A stretch of DNA of 64,000 bases from Opitutales bacterium (GTDB taxonomy: Bacteria; Verrucomicrobiota; Verrucomicrobiia; Opitutales; PNEW01). The stretch spans positions 32,001 to 96,000 of the forward strand of contig CBDANS010000004.1 in NCBI GenBank assembly GCA_965197745.1, given 5' to 3'. The position numbers and the translations under genes are program-made. The notes below the pieces were generated by a model. It had not been told where the DNA came from, searched no databases, and worked only from the letters and a program-made list of their open reading frames with translations. Shown piece after piece: positions 9,787-21,133 of the stretch (position 1 is the stretch's first letter; each line of letters opens with the position of its first letter).

Positions 9787-11008
9787 TGGTCGGGCTAGCC
9801 AAACTGGAGCATCGGAAGAGTTAGTGTAGGGATGCTTAAGTTGAAGTTAAATGTGTAGATCAAGTCAAGGTTTGGGCGCAATGAGGGCGTAGCCCGAGTG
9901 GAGCCCGAGCCTTCGGTATTGAGGTCTTCAGCGAAGTGCCGTGGGGTGGTGTTGCCGAGGCTGCGGTGGGGGCGGACATTATTGTAAAGCCAGCGCTAAT
10001 CCTCAATGACAATGCGTGCTTAGGTTAAAGTCCATAACTGCTCACGGTTTAAGCACTCCTCGCGAAAACGGGTATGCACCGATTCGATGTATCCGTTATG
10101 CCAAGGGCTTGCTGGTTCGATATAGAGGGTTTTGATTTTCATTGCAGCCAGCCAAGCTCTCAATTCGCTTTCTATTAATGGCTTCGCATGTCGTCGCTTT
10201 GCTCCTCGGAACCGATCCAATGTAGCTACGGATATATTGTGGCGGCCTATGACGAGCGAGCAGTTTTTGCATAACCCCGCGGACCGTTTTATCGTGGATA
10301 AAATACCAGCTCCAAACATGGCCGGGATGTTCGGCTTTTGTCTGCAGGCCGGTGGAGACACCCCTGCGTCGGTGTCTTGGCTTGCGTTGGGGGATCGCCA
10401 AACCCAGTTCACGTCGCAGACGTTGCACGAGACGTTTACCCACATGCCAGCCTTCGTCCTTCAACAGCTTCGTGATCTTGGGATAGCTCCACCTGGCATA
10501 TTGCCGTGATAACCGCCTTACTGCCGCCTTCAGTTTCATTAACCAAGCATCCGGATGCTTCGCCTTATATGCATAGGTGCAACGGTGCAGCCGAAAGTAC
10601 CGACACCCCGCTCGCATCGAACACTGGCCCCGAGCCACAAGTCTCTCTGCCACTTGCCGCTTGTGCCCAGGGCTTACAGTTTTTTTTCGAGGGTCTCCTG
10701 CAGGATCTCTATCCCCAGCATCTTGTCCGCCAGCATCCGTTTTAACCGCGCGTTCTCCTTCAAAGAGTTCCTTCATCCGCTTGGCCTGGTCGACATCAAT
10801 CATCCCAAACTCACGCTTCCAGCGGTGGAAAGTCTGTTCGCTAATGTTGTTCTCGCGGCATGCTTCCAGGATCGTTTTCCCTTTGTCCGCCTCCCGCAGC
10901 ATCCGTATTTTCTCTTCAGTTGTGTATCTTTTGCCTTTCATTGTCTGAGTCCTTTCTAGGTTACCCAGACTAACTTTTCAAGTGTACCAGTTTTCGTGGT
11001 CACGACCA
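9787..11008 (-). mobile_element. IS3-family element, degenerate
   Basis: Both terminal IRs present. OrfA MKGKRYTTEEKI is frameshifted at KELFEG; orfB has an internal deletion and the 32-nt insert. Confidence 0.92.
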
Positions 11009-11362
11009 ACACCACTTATTGAATTTAATGGATGTTTTTCTGTTTCTCATTTTCGTTAAAGGTATAAGAGAGTTTTACAACATTCCCAAGATCTTTCACC
11101 TGCTAGTTAACCTCTTCATAAGATTAATTAGTTCAACATTCGTTAAGCAAAAATCTAACCATAAGATCTAATGCCACCATCTATGTTGATAGTCGGGCTA
11201 TTGATTCTTGTAGAGTGGCTGTATCTCGTTAATTTTCACTCATGAGTTTTTAGTTTTTTTAACCTTTTTATGTAATTACTATTAATGGTTATTTAAATTT
11301 CAATAAAAGATAGCCTCATCAATCAGAAAATAGCTAATGAGTAAGAAAAACCAACCATACGA

Positions 11363-13351
11363 ATGATTTTATATGATCGAATACTTTTAATCGCATCAAT
11401 CCTATGTATATCGCATTATGTTCACGCACATAATGCGTCCTTTCCTTTGCCTGATTATAAGATTCATGAATATCCTTTTAACATGGTAGGGAGAGTTGCC
11501 AGAGGAGATACCTACGATTCCTATTCTATTAGTTCAGGCGTGGCAATATCGCAAAAGGTTGTTCTCTCGGCAGCACATATTTTTTTCAATAGGTCGACTT
11601 TGGATTGGGATACGGGCTTTTATAAATGGAAGGTCCGCTATACTCCAGCCGATTTATATATTGATAAGATCGCGCGATCTTACCGCTATTTTGACGACTA
11701 TGCTTTAGCCAGACGTAATGACCAATTTGATGATCCAAGATTATATACATTGGAGCAATTTAATCGCGATGTCATTACTCTCATATTTTATGAAGATGTA
11801 GCCGATGGTGGTTGGGCGGGATGGGGTGCCAATGAAATGACCGATAACTCTGATAAAATGATCGTCGGATACCCTAACCTAGGATATTCCTATTCTGATC
11901 CGAGAAGTGACACAATGCATTCAACCAGTCTTGATGGAAGTCCTGCTAGATATAAGTTTGTAAACTACAATGACAGATTTGGTTCTAGAAGTCGACTTTA
12001 TGAAACCTACGATTTGTCTTCCGGTCCGGGTAATAGTGGGGGTCCGGTATTCGGGCTAATTAGATTTGCGAATAGCACTGTTGATTGGGGTGTAGTGGGT
12101 ATAACTGTAGGTGGATCTACAGGCGAGTCTTCCTTAGCCGTAGGTATTGACCAAGCTGTTTCTGATTTAATCAAAGCATCGGGATCCACTGACGGTTCAA
12201 CTATCTCATCTGATGACCATGCAGATATTCGCGGCGCTGCGACCCCGATAGAACTTAATCGCTCTATTTCAGGCAATTTAGGAATAGAAGGCGATCTTGA
12301 TTATTTTCGGTTTGAAATAAGGAGTGCTGGAACAATAACTGCATTTACAACAGGTGATACCGATACCTTTGGAGAATTACGAAATGATTTAGGAAACATT
12401 ATTACTTCAAATGATGATAATGGTTCAGGGAAAAATTTCTTTATTACCCGGATAGTTGAACCTGGAATATACTACGTCGACATCAGTAATTTCTCCAATA
12501 ATGAAACAGGTCAATATTCTTTTCACGTTGATTTTACTGAAACTCCGGTAGAGGAACCCTCTATAGACAATCACGGAGACTTAGTGCTTGGAGGATTAGG
12601 TCATATAGTTCAAGAGAATATTCAGCACCCCAATGGTAACGTCTTCGACCAAATTTTGCTCACTGGACCATTCATCAAGCTCAAAGCAAAGCAAGGTCAG
12701 ATTACAAGGGTTTCCTTCATGGATGTAAACGATGACATTGTGCAGGTAGAGTTTTCAGGCGCAGGCACCTTTACCGTAACCCTCGATCCGCCTACGTTTC
12801 GACCTGCATCTTTACCTCCACGTTACAACCAAGCAGTGAAATACGTGACGGGCAAACCGAGCATCGTAATCGAAGGGGCGAACTTCAATACTTTCTTCAG
12901 CATATTCACCGTTGGTAGAATCAATTCGGTTAACCAAGCATTGTTCCCCTCTGGACAGGTCTATGATGCACAGGCAAACGTGACCCTAGTCGAAGTGATC
13001 GACTCCACTGGTATGGGTGGTGTGCAGATGGGGAATGCAGTCTTCAGTGGTAGCACGGGTAAAGTCGGCATTGATGCAAGAGGGGTTCCGATCGCGGTAC
13101 GCTTAACCGTAGGTGATATAGATGCAAGTGGCGATGCAGTGCCATACCTCCTGTTCGGTGACGGGTCCTTCACCATAACCGGCTACAACACAGGGTTGCG
13201 GATCGGCGGTGGAGACTTATTGCAGTCCAACGGGGTTCCCATTGTAACAGCACCCAATTGGGATGGTCTAACTTCATCATTCAATTACAAATCTGATGGG
13301 ACCGAATTACCAGTTCAGGATATCAAAGCTACTTGGGATTTCATTGATTGA
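11363..13351 (+). CDS. Secreted trypsin-like serine protease + PPC-like domain + C-terminal domain of unknown function
   Basis: Signal peptide; VLSAAH (His), RDV (Asp), GPGNSGGP (Ser); DDH...GDLDYFRF...DTDTFGEL...NDDNGSG.NF (PPC-type); C-terminal HPNGNVFDQILLTG domain. Confidence 0.85.
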   Translation: MILYDRILLIASILCISHYVHAHNASFPLPDYKIHEYPFNMVGRVARGDTYDSYSISSGVAISQKVVLSAAHIFFNRSTLDWDTGFYKWKVRYTPADLYIDKIARSYRYFDDYALARRNDQFDDPRLYTLEQFNRDVITLIFYEDVADGGWAGWGANEMTDNSDKMIVGYPNLGYSYSDPRSDTMHSTSLDGSPARYKFVNYNDRFGSRSRLYETYDLSSGPGNSGGPVFGLIRFANSTVDWGVVGITVGGSTGESSLAVGIDQAVSDLIKASGSTDGSTISSDDHADIRGAATPIELNRSISGNLGIEGDLDYFRFEIRSAGTITAFTTGDTDTFGELRNDLGNIITSNDDNGSGKNFFITRIVEPGIYYVDISNFSNNETGQYSFHVDFTETPVEEPSIDNHGDLVLGGLGHIVQENIQHPNGNVFDQILLTGPFIKLKAKQGQITRVSFMDVNDDIVQVEFSGAGTFTVTLDPPTFRPASLPPRYNQAVKYVTGKPSIVIEGANFNTFFSIFTVGRINSVNQALFPSGQVYDAQANVTLVEVIDSTGMGGVQMGNAVFSGSTGKVGIDARGVPIAVRLTVGDIDASGDAVPYLLFGDGSFTITGYNTGLRIGGGDLLQSNGVPIVTAPNWDGLTSSFNYKSDGTELPVQDIKATWDFID

Positions 13352-13406
13352 AACAAAGGTGAGTAATGGCCAGCTTAGTCCAGCCGACTATTACTCACCT
13401 TTGTTT
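13351..13406 (+). terminator. Long hairpin, probable intrinsic terminator
   Basis: AAACAAAGGTGAGTAAT...ATTACTCACCTTTGTTT is a perfect 17-bp stem, extendable with wobble pairs, directly after the protease stop. Confidence 0.7.
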
Positions 13407-13500
13407 GTGGATTTGTAGCAATACAAATTTTAATGACATACAAACAAGTCTTGCTTAGAAGGCTAAAGATTATGATAGGGGCTATGAGTTCTGGGGGGAA

Positions 13501-14238
13501 ATGCTATATCTAGCACAAAAATATATAAAGACCGTTGTTAAATTTTGTTTATGGGATTTATGTGAACCAATAGGTTACGAGTGGTTAAGCGATGCTATGC
13601 AGGATGAAAAGTATAAGAGCAATATCGTTACCTTAAATCATGATCTTCTATTAGATATTTTTTTAAAAAATGAAGAGATTGCTTACTGTGATGGATTTAA
13701 AATTAATTCAAAAGATAAAGTTAAAATATTTGATCCAAGATGCTTTATAGCAGACGAACCATTTCATCTATTAAAATTGCATGGTTCAATAAATTGGAAA
13801 GCTTATGGGGGGGTTGAACGACATTTAGTTGCAATACCAATGGATGGATTTGAAGAACATAAATTTTTAGATGGTCATGGACCGACAGATAAAATTGTCA
13901 TACTAGCTGGCACTCATAACAAACTTGAGGATTACTCTTACAGTATTTTTAGTGATTTGGTTGCTGAATATACACGGTTACTTTGGACTACTGATTATGT
14001 AATAATATGTGGATATGGATTTGGTGACAGAGGAATAAATTCACGTCTTTCAAACTGGTTAAGACTTGATAGTAAGAACCAGATACTAGTGATACACCCT
14101 AAAGGAGAAAAATTGAAGGATAATATAAAATACCCTCATGCAGCTGAGTTATTAAAACTAATAGATCCTAATCGAATACATTTTGAGGAAAAGAATTTTG
14201 AGGATATCCAATGGGATGAAGTTAAAAAACTCATTTAA
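13501..14238 (+). CDS. SIR2-like (SIR2_2) domain protein, probably N-terminally truncated
   Basis: IVTLNHDLLLD, LLKLHGSINW, VIICGYGFGDRGIN. The N-terminal GAG.S motif is absent and there is an in-frame TAG at 13456. Confidence 0.85.
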   Translation: MLYLAQKYIKTVVKFCLWDLCEPIGYEWLSDAMQDEKYKSNIVTLNHDLLLDIFLKNEEIAYCDGFKINSKDKVKIFDPRCFIADEPFHLLKLHGSINWKAYGGVERHLVAIPMDGFEEHKFLDGHGPTDKIVILAGTHNKLEDYSYSIFSDLVAEYTRLLWTTDYVIICGYGFGDRGINSRLSNWLRLDSKNQILVIHPKGEKLKDNIKYPHAAELLKLIDPNRIHFEEKNFEDIQWDEVKKLI

Positions 14239-14384
14239 ATGGATAAGTGGAATTCGCATTTTTATTTAACCATGGAGTTAAATGGTCGCCAAAAGGTAGC
14301 GGCGGCAGAGCGAAGGTCAGTTAATAAATCGTATGCTAATTACTTTGCATCGTGGAAAAGTAGGGAACCTCTTATGGAGCCAAA

Positions 14385-14498
14385 TAAAGCAACGAACATT
14401 AGCATAAAAGGACCCATTATGCACCAGGCAGATCAACCAAAACCCTTACCTCTGGCAGACCTAACACTGACTCTGGTACAGTAAACGGGAGCAGGTCA
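14385..14498 (+). mobile_element. Orphan IS3 right end
   Basis: CTAACACTGACTCTGGTACAGTAAACGGGAGCAGGTCA matches 16850-16887 and 23190-23229. Confidence 0.85.
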
Positions 14499-14583
14499 TA
14501 ACCCAGTTGGGTATTTCTTTCACCAAGGTCAGTGTCTTGCATATTTTCTTTCATCGCATAGTGGTCAGTGAATAATAACCACC

Positions 14584-14632
14584 TATAACCGTGTCAAATA
14601 ACGTCATAACCGCCGCAAATAAGCGTTTTTAA
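14584..14632. repeat. 49-bp direct repeat, copy 1
   Basis: TATAACCGTGTCAAATAACGTCATAACCGCCGCAAATAAGCGTTTTTAA; 46/49 identical to 15409-15457. Confidence 0.9.
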
Positions 14633-14784
14633 TTTTAATAAGTATAAGATACACTTAATGCACGTATTTAGTATGAAAAAAGGAATGTAAAAATGTCTGT
14701 AATCTTTTCATTTTATAGATAAACAAATAAGTTTAAATTGTTAGTCTTAAATTATAAGGGTATCACTACTGCGGTTCAATTTAA

Positions 14785-15336
14785 TTACCTTTTTTCCCAA
14801 TAGATCGTTCTCCCCATAAGGGTCTTGAAATCTATACTTGCTGATTTCATCTCAGGGTTCCACCTAACATAGACTTTAAAAGGTGATGTTTGATTTGGTA
14901 ATATTGGATTGTAATCGATCAGCGTCGAGTCGGATGTAATAAATTTTTTCTGTGCAGTATAAAATTGCGCTACTGCCTGAACATTTTTAAGAGACTGCGA
15001 AGATATATTCTTTACTTGCCCTTCTACAATCGCGTAATCACGTTTATTATGCCAAGACCAGTCAAGTAATAGGAGCTGCGATTCTACCTTTGGTTTAGGG
15101 CTCGGTGCTGGTGATGATTTTACTGAACTACTACTGTCTGACGCCGTGGTTGAAGGAGTGCTTGTCGTGTCTGGAATCGAAGTGGATCCAATATAGCCAA
15201 TTATAATAAAACCAAGAACTACTAAAAGAAGGCATCCACCCAATGACGATTTTTTAACTTTTGCCCCACAATTTGGGCAAACCTCAGCATTCTTACTGAT
15301 TTCGTGGCCACACTCTTTACAATTTACTAGAGCCAT
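14785..15336 (-). CDS. Zinc-ribbon / TM / FxLYD-like domain membrane protein
   Basis: MALVNCKECG..IS..A..CPNCG, one TM, S/T/P linker, then VEGQVKNIS...V...FY...ILPNQTSPF. Confidence 0.85.
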   Translation of the reverse strand: MALVNCKECGHEISKNAEVCPNCGAKVKKSSLGGCLLLVVLGFIIIGYIGSTSIPDTTSTPSTTASDSSSSVKSSPAPSPKPKVESQLLLLDWSWHNKRDYAIVEGQVKNISSQSLKNVQAVAQFYTAQKKFITSDSTLIDYNPILPNQTSPFKVYVRWNPEMKSASIDFKTLMGRTIYWEKR

Positions 15337-15408
15337 CGTTATTCTCTATATTTAGATTGAAAATTTGGTCAATGACTTAAGTTCACAAAATAATCGCTAG
15401 ATATTATA

Positions 15409-15457
15409 TATAACCGTGTCAAATAACGTCATAACCTCCGCAAATAGACGTTTTTAA
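15409..15457. repeat. 49-bp direct repeat, copy 2
   Basis: TATAACCGTGTCAAATAACGTCATAACCTCCGCAAATAGACGTTTTTAA. Confidence 0.9.
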
Positions 15458-15469
15458 AGGGAGGGGCAG

Positions 15470-15628
15470 TGGTCGGGTTACGCAAACTGGTCCACCGGGA
15501 GAGTTAGTCTGGAGAGGTTAATGTTGAAGTTAAGTTGGTAGAGGAAGTCAAGGCTTGGGTGGAATGAGGGCGTAGCCCGAACGTAGCCAAGATCTCTCCA
15601 ATACATCAATCCTAAAACTATTAACACC
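15470..15628. mobile_element. Chimeric IS3 end remnants
   Basis: First part matches the right end at 19500/27910 (inverted); second part matches 31540-31580. Confidence 0.75.
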
Positions 15629-16887
15629 TGACCTGTCCCCGTAAAACTGGACCAGCAAAGATTTAGTCTGGCATGGGTGAAAAACCTAATATAAGATAGG
15701 AGAAAGAACCACCCATGAAAAGCAAAGGCAAACGTTATAATAAAGAACAAATCATCTATGCCCTAAGGCAGGTAGAAGGCGGTCGAAGGATTGCCGAAGT
15801 GTGCCGAGAGTTAGGCGTAAGCGAACAGACCTACCATCGTTGGAAGGGTAAATACGCGGGCCTGGGAATAAGCGAATTAAGACGACTGAAGCAACTCGAC
15901 GAAGAGAACGCGAGTTTGAAGAAGCTGGTAGCTGATCTGAGCCTGGACAAGCACATGCTGCAGGAAGTTATCGCAAAAAAATTATAAAGCCTGTGCGCAA
16001 GAAGGCGATTACTGACTGGTTAGTGGAAGCTTATGCGGTTAGCAAACGCCGGGCGTGCAGGCTGATGCAGTTGTATTGGTCGAGTTATAACTACCAGCCG
16101 GTGAAGAAGGACGAACGTGCGCTGACCATGCGCATCCGTGACCTCGCCGCCGCCGCGCGTGCGCTACGGGTATCGGCGAATCACGGTGTTATTAAAGCGG
16201 GAAGGCTGGACGGTAGGAAAGAAACGCGTTTATCGTATCTACAAGGCCGAAGGGCTGGAAGTGCGCACGAAGAAACGAAAGAAGCGTGCCGCGCAAAGGC
16301 GGGTGTCACTGCCCGCGGCATCAGCTGCCCAGGAGCGCTGGTCGATGGACTTTATGAGCGATCGGCTGACCAACGGCCGCCCCTTCCGCATACTCACCGT
16401 TATCGATCAATACACCCGAGCTTGCCCACTGCTTTTGGTCGATACGTCCATCGGTGGGCACAAAGTCGCTGCAGCACTTATGAAAGCCGCTGCAGGAATC
16501 GGTCTTCCCCAAACCATTACCGTCGATAATGGTCCCGAGTTTGCCGGCAAAGTACTCGATGAATGGGCTTATGGCCATGGCATCAAGCTGGATTTTATCC
16601 GGCCAGGCAGACCCGTAGAGAATGGTTATATTGAGAGCTTCAATGGACGCTTACGAGATGAACTTCTTAACACCGAGCTATTTTGTACGCTCGCTGAAGC
16701 GAAAGAAAAACTTGAAGCCTGGCGGCTTGATTATAATACTCAAAGACCATACTCAAAGACCACACAGTTCTCTGGGCTATCGGCCTCCGGCCGAATACGC
16801 CCAGAGAGCCATGTCTAAGAAAATTAAAACCCATACCACCCTGCCGGAACTAACACTGGCTCTGGTACAGTAAACGGGAGCAGGTCA
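15629..16887 (+). mobile_element. Full-length IS3-family element (orfA 15715-15987; orfB 15993-16873, frameshifted)
   Basis: IRs TGACCTGTCCCCGTAAAACTGGACCAG / [52 protein letters not shown]. One indel near 16155 and a 13-nt tandem duplication near 16738. Confidence 0.95.
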
Positions 16888-17208
16888 CAGAGAACGGCTT
16901 TGATTGTATTAACATCTTGACAACTTAACTACATAATTTCCTATTTTTTATTACCACTACATTTTTTATAATACTGATTTGGTTATCAGTAGCATTATCA
17001 CAATTAAGGGACATTAATAAATAAGATAATATAAAAGAAATAAATAATGGTGCGCCTAATAATTCTACGGAGAAGCAGTCTATTTAGGATTCATAAAATG
17101 TAAAACCTAATGATTTAACTTTTAATTTTGATAGAATATAGCATCAAGAACTTCTAAGTGTAAGAAACCAGAAATATAGATATTAAGTATCTTAAAAAAA
17201 AGGAGACG

Positions 17209-18288
17209 GTGATGCCTATTTGGAAAATAACCGAAAAGGGACCAACTAAAATCCCCGAGACTCGTATAAAGGAAGAAAATTTACTTGAAAAACATATTGA
17301 GGATTGGATTGTTTCAGATCCTACGTTGTTAGGTGAATATCTTTTTTTAATTGGTCGACAGGTATTAATTCCAGACACCAAAGATAAATTAGATTTATTG
17401 GCATTAGATCCTTATGGAAATGCTGTAATCATAGAACTTAAACGTGGTCATCTTAAGGACCTTGTAGATGTTCAATCACTTCGTTATGCTAGTTATATAT
17501 CGAAATGGCAATTTGAGGATTTCGAGAATCAGGCACGAATATTCCTCAAAAAAATTGGTGACCCAGAGTTCAATTTTAATTCTCTATATGAGGAGTTTTG
17601 CAATAATTCAGTAGGAGATGAGATTCCAAATATAAACCAAGATCAACGGCTCATCATTGTAGGATCTTCTGTTCGAGAAAAACTTGGCACGGTTGCGCTT
17701 TGGCTTAGAGAACACAGCGTTGATATTTCCGTCATAGAAGTTCACGCATTTAAGCAACCTGATGGATTATTAATTCAACCTACTGTAATTGTTCCACATC
17801 CTGTAAAAAGATTTTCAGAAACAGGAAAAACTAGACCTAAAGGCACCCCTTGGTTAGTAGATGGTAAGGAGTGGCATCTAGAAAAGCGATGCAGTCCAAA
17901 CACTAAAGAAATGTTTCTTAAACTTGATAAAACTCTTCAAGATAATTTTGAATTTGACGGACCTCAATGGAACCAAAAGTATTATGTTTCTTATAGGGTT
18001 AATAACTATAATTGGCTCTCGGTTAATACAAACCCGGGTATTCTTCGCCTCAATTTTCTTCTTAAACCTGGAAAATTCGATGTAAATGAAATTGCAAATA
18101 GACTGGGAATAGCGAAATTCGATAAAGAATCATTTTCGGAAAAGATTAATCTGCCTAGTTCTGTACTAATACAAAGTTTGAATGATAGTACTGATCGTAT
18201 AATAATTCGCATAAAGGAAGGTTTCGATATAGAATCAGAAACGTTTCGTAACTTTCTTGACGATGCATACAAAGCATTTTCAAAATGA
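17209..18288 (+). CDS. NucS/EndoMS-like PD-(D/E)xK nuclease with DUF5655-like C-terminal domain
   Basis: LEKHIEDWI...IGRQV...KLDLLALD..G..VIIELKRG...Q.LRYA; C-terminal QKYYVSYR region. Confidence 0.78.
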   Translation: MMPIWKITEKGPTKIPETRIKEENLLEKHIEDWIVSDPTLLGEYLFLIGRQVLIPDTKDKLDLLALDPYGNAVIIELKRGHLKDLVDVQSLRYASYISKWQFEDFENQARIFLKKIGDPEFNFNSLYEEFCNNSVGDEIPNINQDQRLIIVGSSVREKLGTVALWLREHSVDISVIEVHAFKQPDGLLIQPTVIVPHPVKRFSETGKTRPKGTPWLVDGKEWHLEKRCSPNTKEMFLKLDKTLQDNFEFDGPQWNQKYYVSYRVNNYNWLSVNTNPGILRLNFLLKPGKFDVNEIANRLGIAKFDKESFSEKINLPSSVLIQSLNDSTDRIIIRIKEGFDIESETFRNFLDDAYKAFSK

Positions 18289-18746
18289 TCTTTGTAAATA
18301 ATCGGAGTAAATTTTAAATTTTCTATAGCGAATATTAGTTACTAATATTGACTCTCCTGTTAATTGAGGTTGTTAGAAAACATTATTATTTTTATTTGCT
18401 AAGACAAGCTGAGCAAATTAAAGGTTATCACGTCTCTATTCAGCTAGAACTTTCACCCTAGTACTCACTTATGCAAATAATCCAATCTATGAATGTACTC
18501 TCAGCTCAGCGGTACTGAAGGTACAGCGATTTTTTCAGTTACAACTTTAGAGAAGATGATAGAGTAAATATTAATCTTTAATATTTACCTACAACATTGT
18601 TGATTGTTATGCTAGCTCTCAAATAGTTCAGCGAGTTCAGGTGGATTATTCACACGGACATTAGAGGACTATATACAGTATTACGACGATGTATAAAACA
18701 ATAAGTTAAGTGGACTTAATATTAAGCAATTCAACACTCGTAATCC

Positions 18747-19292
18747 ATGCAAACTCCAGGTGAAGAACTTGTCGGTGAATATTTGCTTCACATCCGAATG
18801 TGCGAGTTCGTTCAATACAATTTGAAGACTCCCGAAATTCAGGGCGAAATCGATGTAATCGGAATTGACTTGTCAAATCGCATATTATACGTATGCGAGG
18901 TCGCGACTCACTTAGTTACCGGATTACAATACGTCAAAAATAAACGACCGGACAATGTTGATCGCTTTGTGAAAAAATTTACAAAGGACATTAGTTACGC
19001 TCGGCAAGCGTTTTCAAATTATCAACACGTTTTCATGCTTTGGTCACCGATTGTAAAGAAGCAAACTAATGAGCGATACGACCAAATGGCGCATATACAC
19101 AAAATACACGATATACTCCAACAACAGTTTGACGTCGACTTGCAATTAGTTATCAACAACCAATTTCAAAAGTGTATTGATGAACTGAGATCATTTGCAC
19201 AAAAGCAAAGTGCAGCATTAACATCTCCAATAATGCGTCTGATGCAAATTGAAGAACACTTGAATGTTCACTTACAAAAATATTCTACATAA
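18747..19292 (+). CDS. Putative PD-(D/E)xK-fold nuclease
   Basis: GEELVGEYL...GEIDVIGID...LYVCEVATH; the canonical Lys is replaced. Confidence 0.65.
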   Translation: MQTPGEELVGEYLLHIRMCEFVQYNLKTPEIQGEIDVIGIDLSNRILYVCEVATHLVTGLQYVKNKRPDNVDRFVKKFTKDISYARQAFSNYQHVFMLWSPIVKKQTNERYDQMAHIHKIHDILQQQFDVDLQLVINNQFQKCIDELRSFAQKQSAALTSPIMRLMQIEEHLNVHLQKYST

Positions 19293-19499
19293 CATATGAT
19301 GTCTTAGAATAGAAAATCAACGCAAAGTTGTTAGACGCAAATCGTAAATGAACGAGTATAATAGCATCTATGTTCGATGTAACTGAATTCATTGATATTA
19401 TAGTAGCCGAGGTCAATGATACAGCTTCTAAATTCACGGATCTTAAGAGACAGATTGTTATTGATTATCAGATCCCATTCTTTGGCAGAATCGACAAGG

Positions 19500-20821
19500 T
19501 GGCCAGGTTACACAAACTGGTCCACTGGGAGAGTTAGTCTGGAGAGGTTAATGTTGAAGTTAAGTGGGTAGAGGAAGTCAAGGCTTGGGTGCAATGAGGG
19601 CGCAGCCCGAATGGAGCCCAAGCCTTCGGTATTAATGTCTTCAGCGAAGCACCGTGGGGTGATATTGCCGAGGCTGCGGTGGGGTCGGACATTATTGTAA
19701 AGCCAGCGCCAGTCCTCGATCACCACGCGGGCTTCGGTCAAAGTCCATAGCTGTTCACGGTTTAAACACTCCTCGCGGAAACGAGCGTGAAACGATTCGA
19801 TGTATTATCCGTTCTGCCAAGGGCTTGCTGGTTGGAAATAGAAGGGTTTTGATTTTCATCGCAGCCAGCCAAGCTCTCAATTCGCTTTCAATAAATGGCT
19901 TCGCATGTCGTCGCTTCGCTCCTCGGAACCGATCCATTGTCGCTACGGATATATTGTGGCGGCCCATGCCAGTCGAGCAGTTTTTGCATGATACCACGGA
20001 CCGTCTGCGCATTGATATGGCGATCAACATGGATCACCCGGCACTCGCGGGTGTACTCATCGAGCACGGGCAGCATTTTTAGACTGCCACGGCGGAGCGT
20101 CTTATCGTGGATAAAATCCCAGGTCCAAACATGGCCGGGATGTTCGGCCTTTGTCTGCAGCCCGGTGCAGACACCCCGGCGCCGGCGTCTTCGCTTGCAC
20201 AGGGCCGATCGCCAGGCCTAGTTCACCTCGCAGACCTTGTACGAGCCGTTTACCTACTTGCCAGCCTTCGTGCTTGAACAACTTCGTGATCTTCGGATAG
20301 CCCCAACTGGCGTATTGCCGTGATAAGCGCCTTACTGGCCCCTTCAGTTTCGTTAGCCAAGCATCCGCATGCCTTGGCCCGATACGTATAGGGGAACGGT
20401 GCAACTGAAAGTATCGGCTCGCTGCACGCATCGAACACTGGCCCTCAGCCACAAGTCTCTCTGCCACTTGCCGCTTGTGCCCAGGGCTTACAGTTTTTTT
20501 TCGAGGGTCTCCTGCAGAATCTCTATCCCCAGCAGCTTGTCCGCCAGCATCCGCTTTAACCGCGCGTTCTCCTTCTCGAGTTCCTTCATCCGCTTGGCCT
20601 GGTTGGCATCAATCATCCCAAACTCACGTTTCCAGCGGTGGAAGGTCTGTTCGCTTATGTTGTTCTCGCGGCATACTTCAAGGATCGTTTTCCCTTTGTC
20701 TGCCTGCCGCAGCATCCGTATCTTCTCTTCGGTTGTATATCTTTTGCCTTTCATTGTCTGAGTCCTTTCTAGGTGTCCCAGACTTACTTTTCAAGTGGAC
20801 CAGTTTTCGTGGTCACGACCA
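19500..20821 (-). mobile_element. IS3-family element: orfA intact (20488-20754), orfB frameshifted
   Basis: Both IRs present; same family as 9787 and 26570; contains the 32-nt insert. Confidence 0.93.
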
Positions 20822-21133
20822 ACTCTAACTTATTTGGGGGAAATATTCCCATGATTACCTAATGACTATTAAAGGTGCAGTTGATACTGACTAAGATAAT
20901 TCTTAGATATTTGTATCTATCAAAATACTAGAATTCTTAATACAAAGCTAGAAATATTCGGATATGAAATTAAAGAGAGATTTAACCCAATTCAGATAAA
21001 TTTAATTAAATCTAATACTGTATTATTATGGGTCGTAAGTATTTCCCATTTGTACTCGAAAAAAAATGACAGAAGCGATTAAAATTCATGTTGTGCTAGC
21101 CGTTTATTAATATACTTTGGATTAATTATCATT

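Noticed and set aside
13351..13406. attC site
   Set aside because: No RYYYAAC/GTTRRRY pair and no extrahelical bases; position and T-run fit a terminator.
17047..17075. dif-like site or tRNA 3' end (TGGTGCGCCTAATAATT)
   Set aside because: Only one arm resembles a XerC site; no XerD arm and no T-loop.
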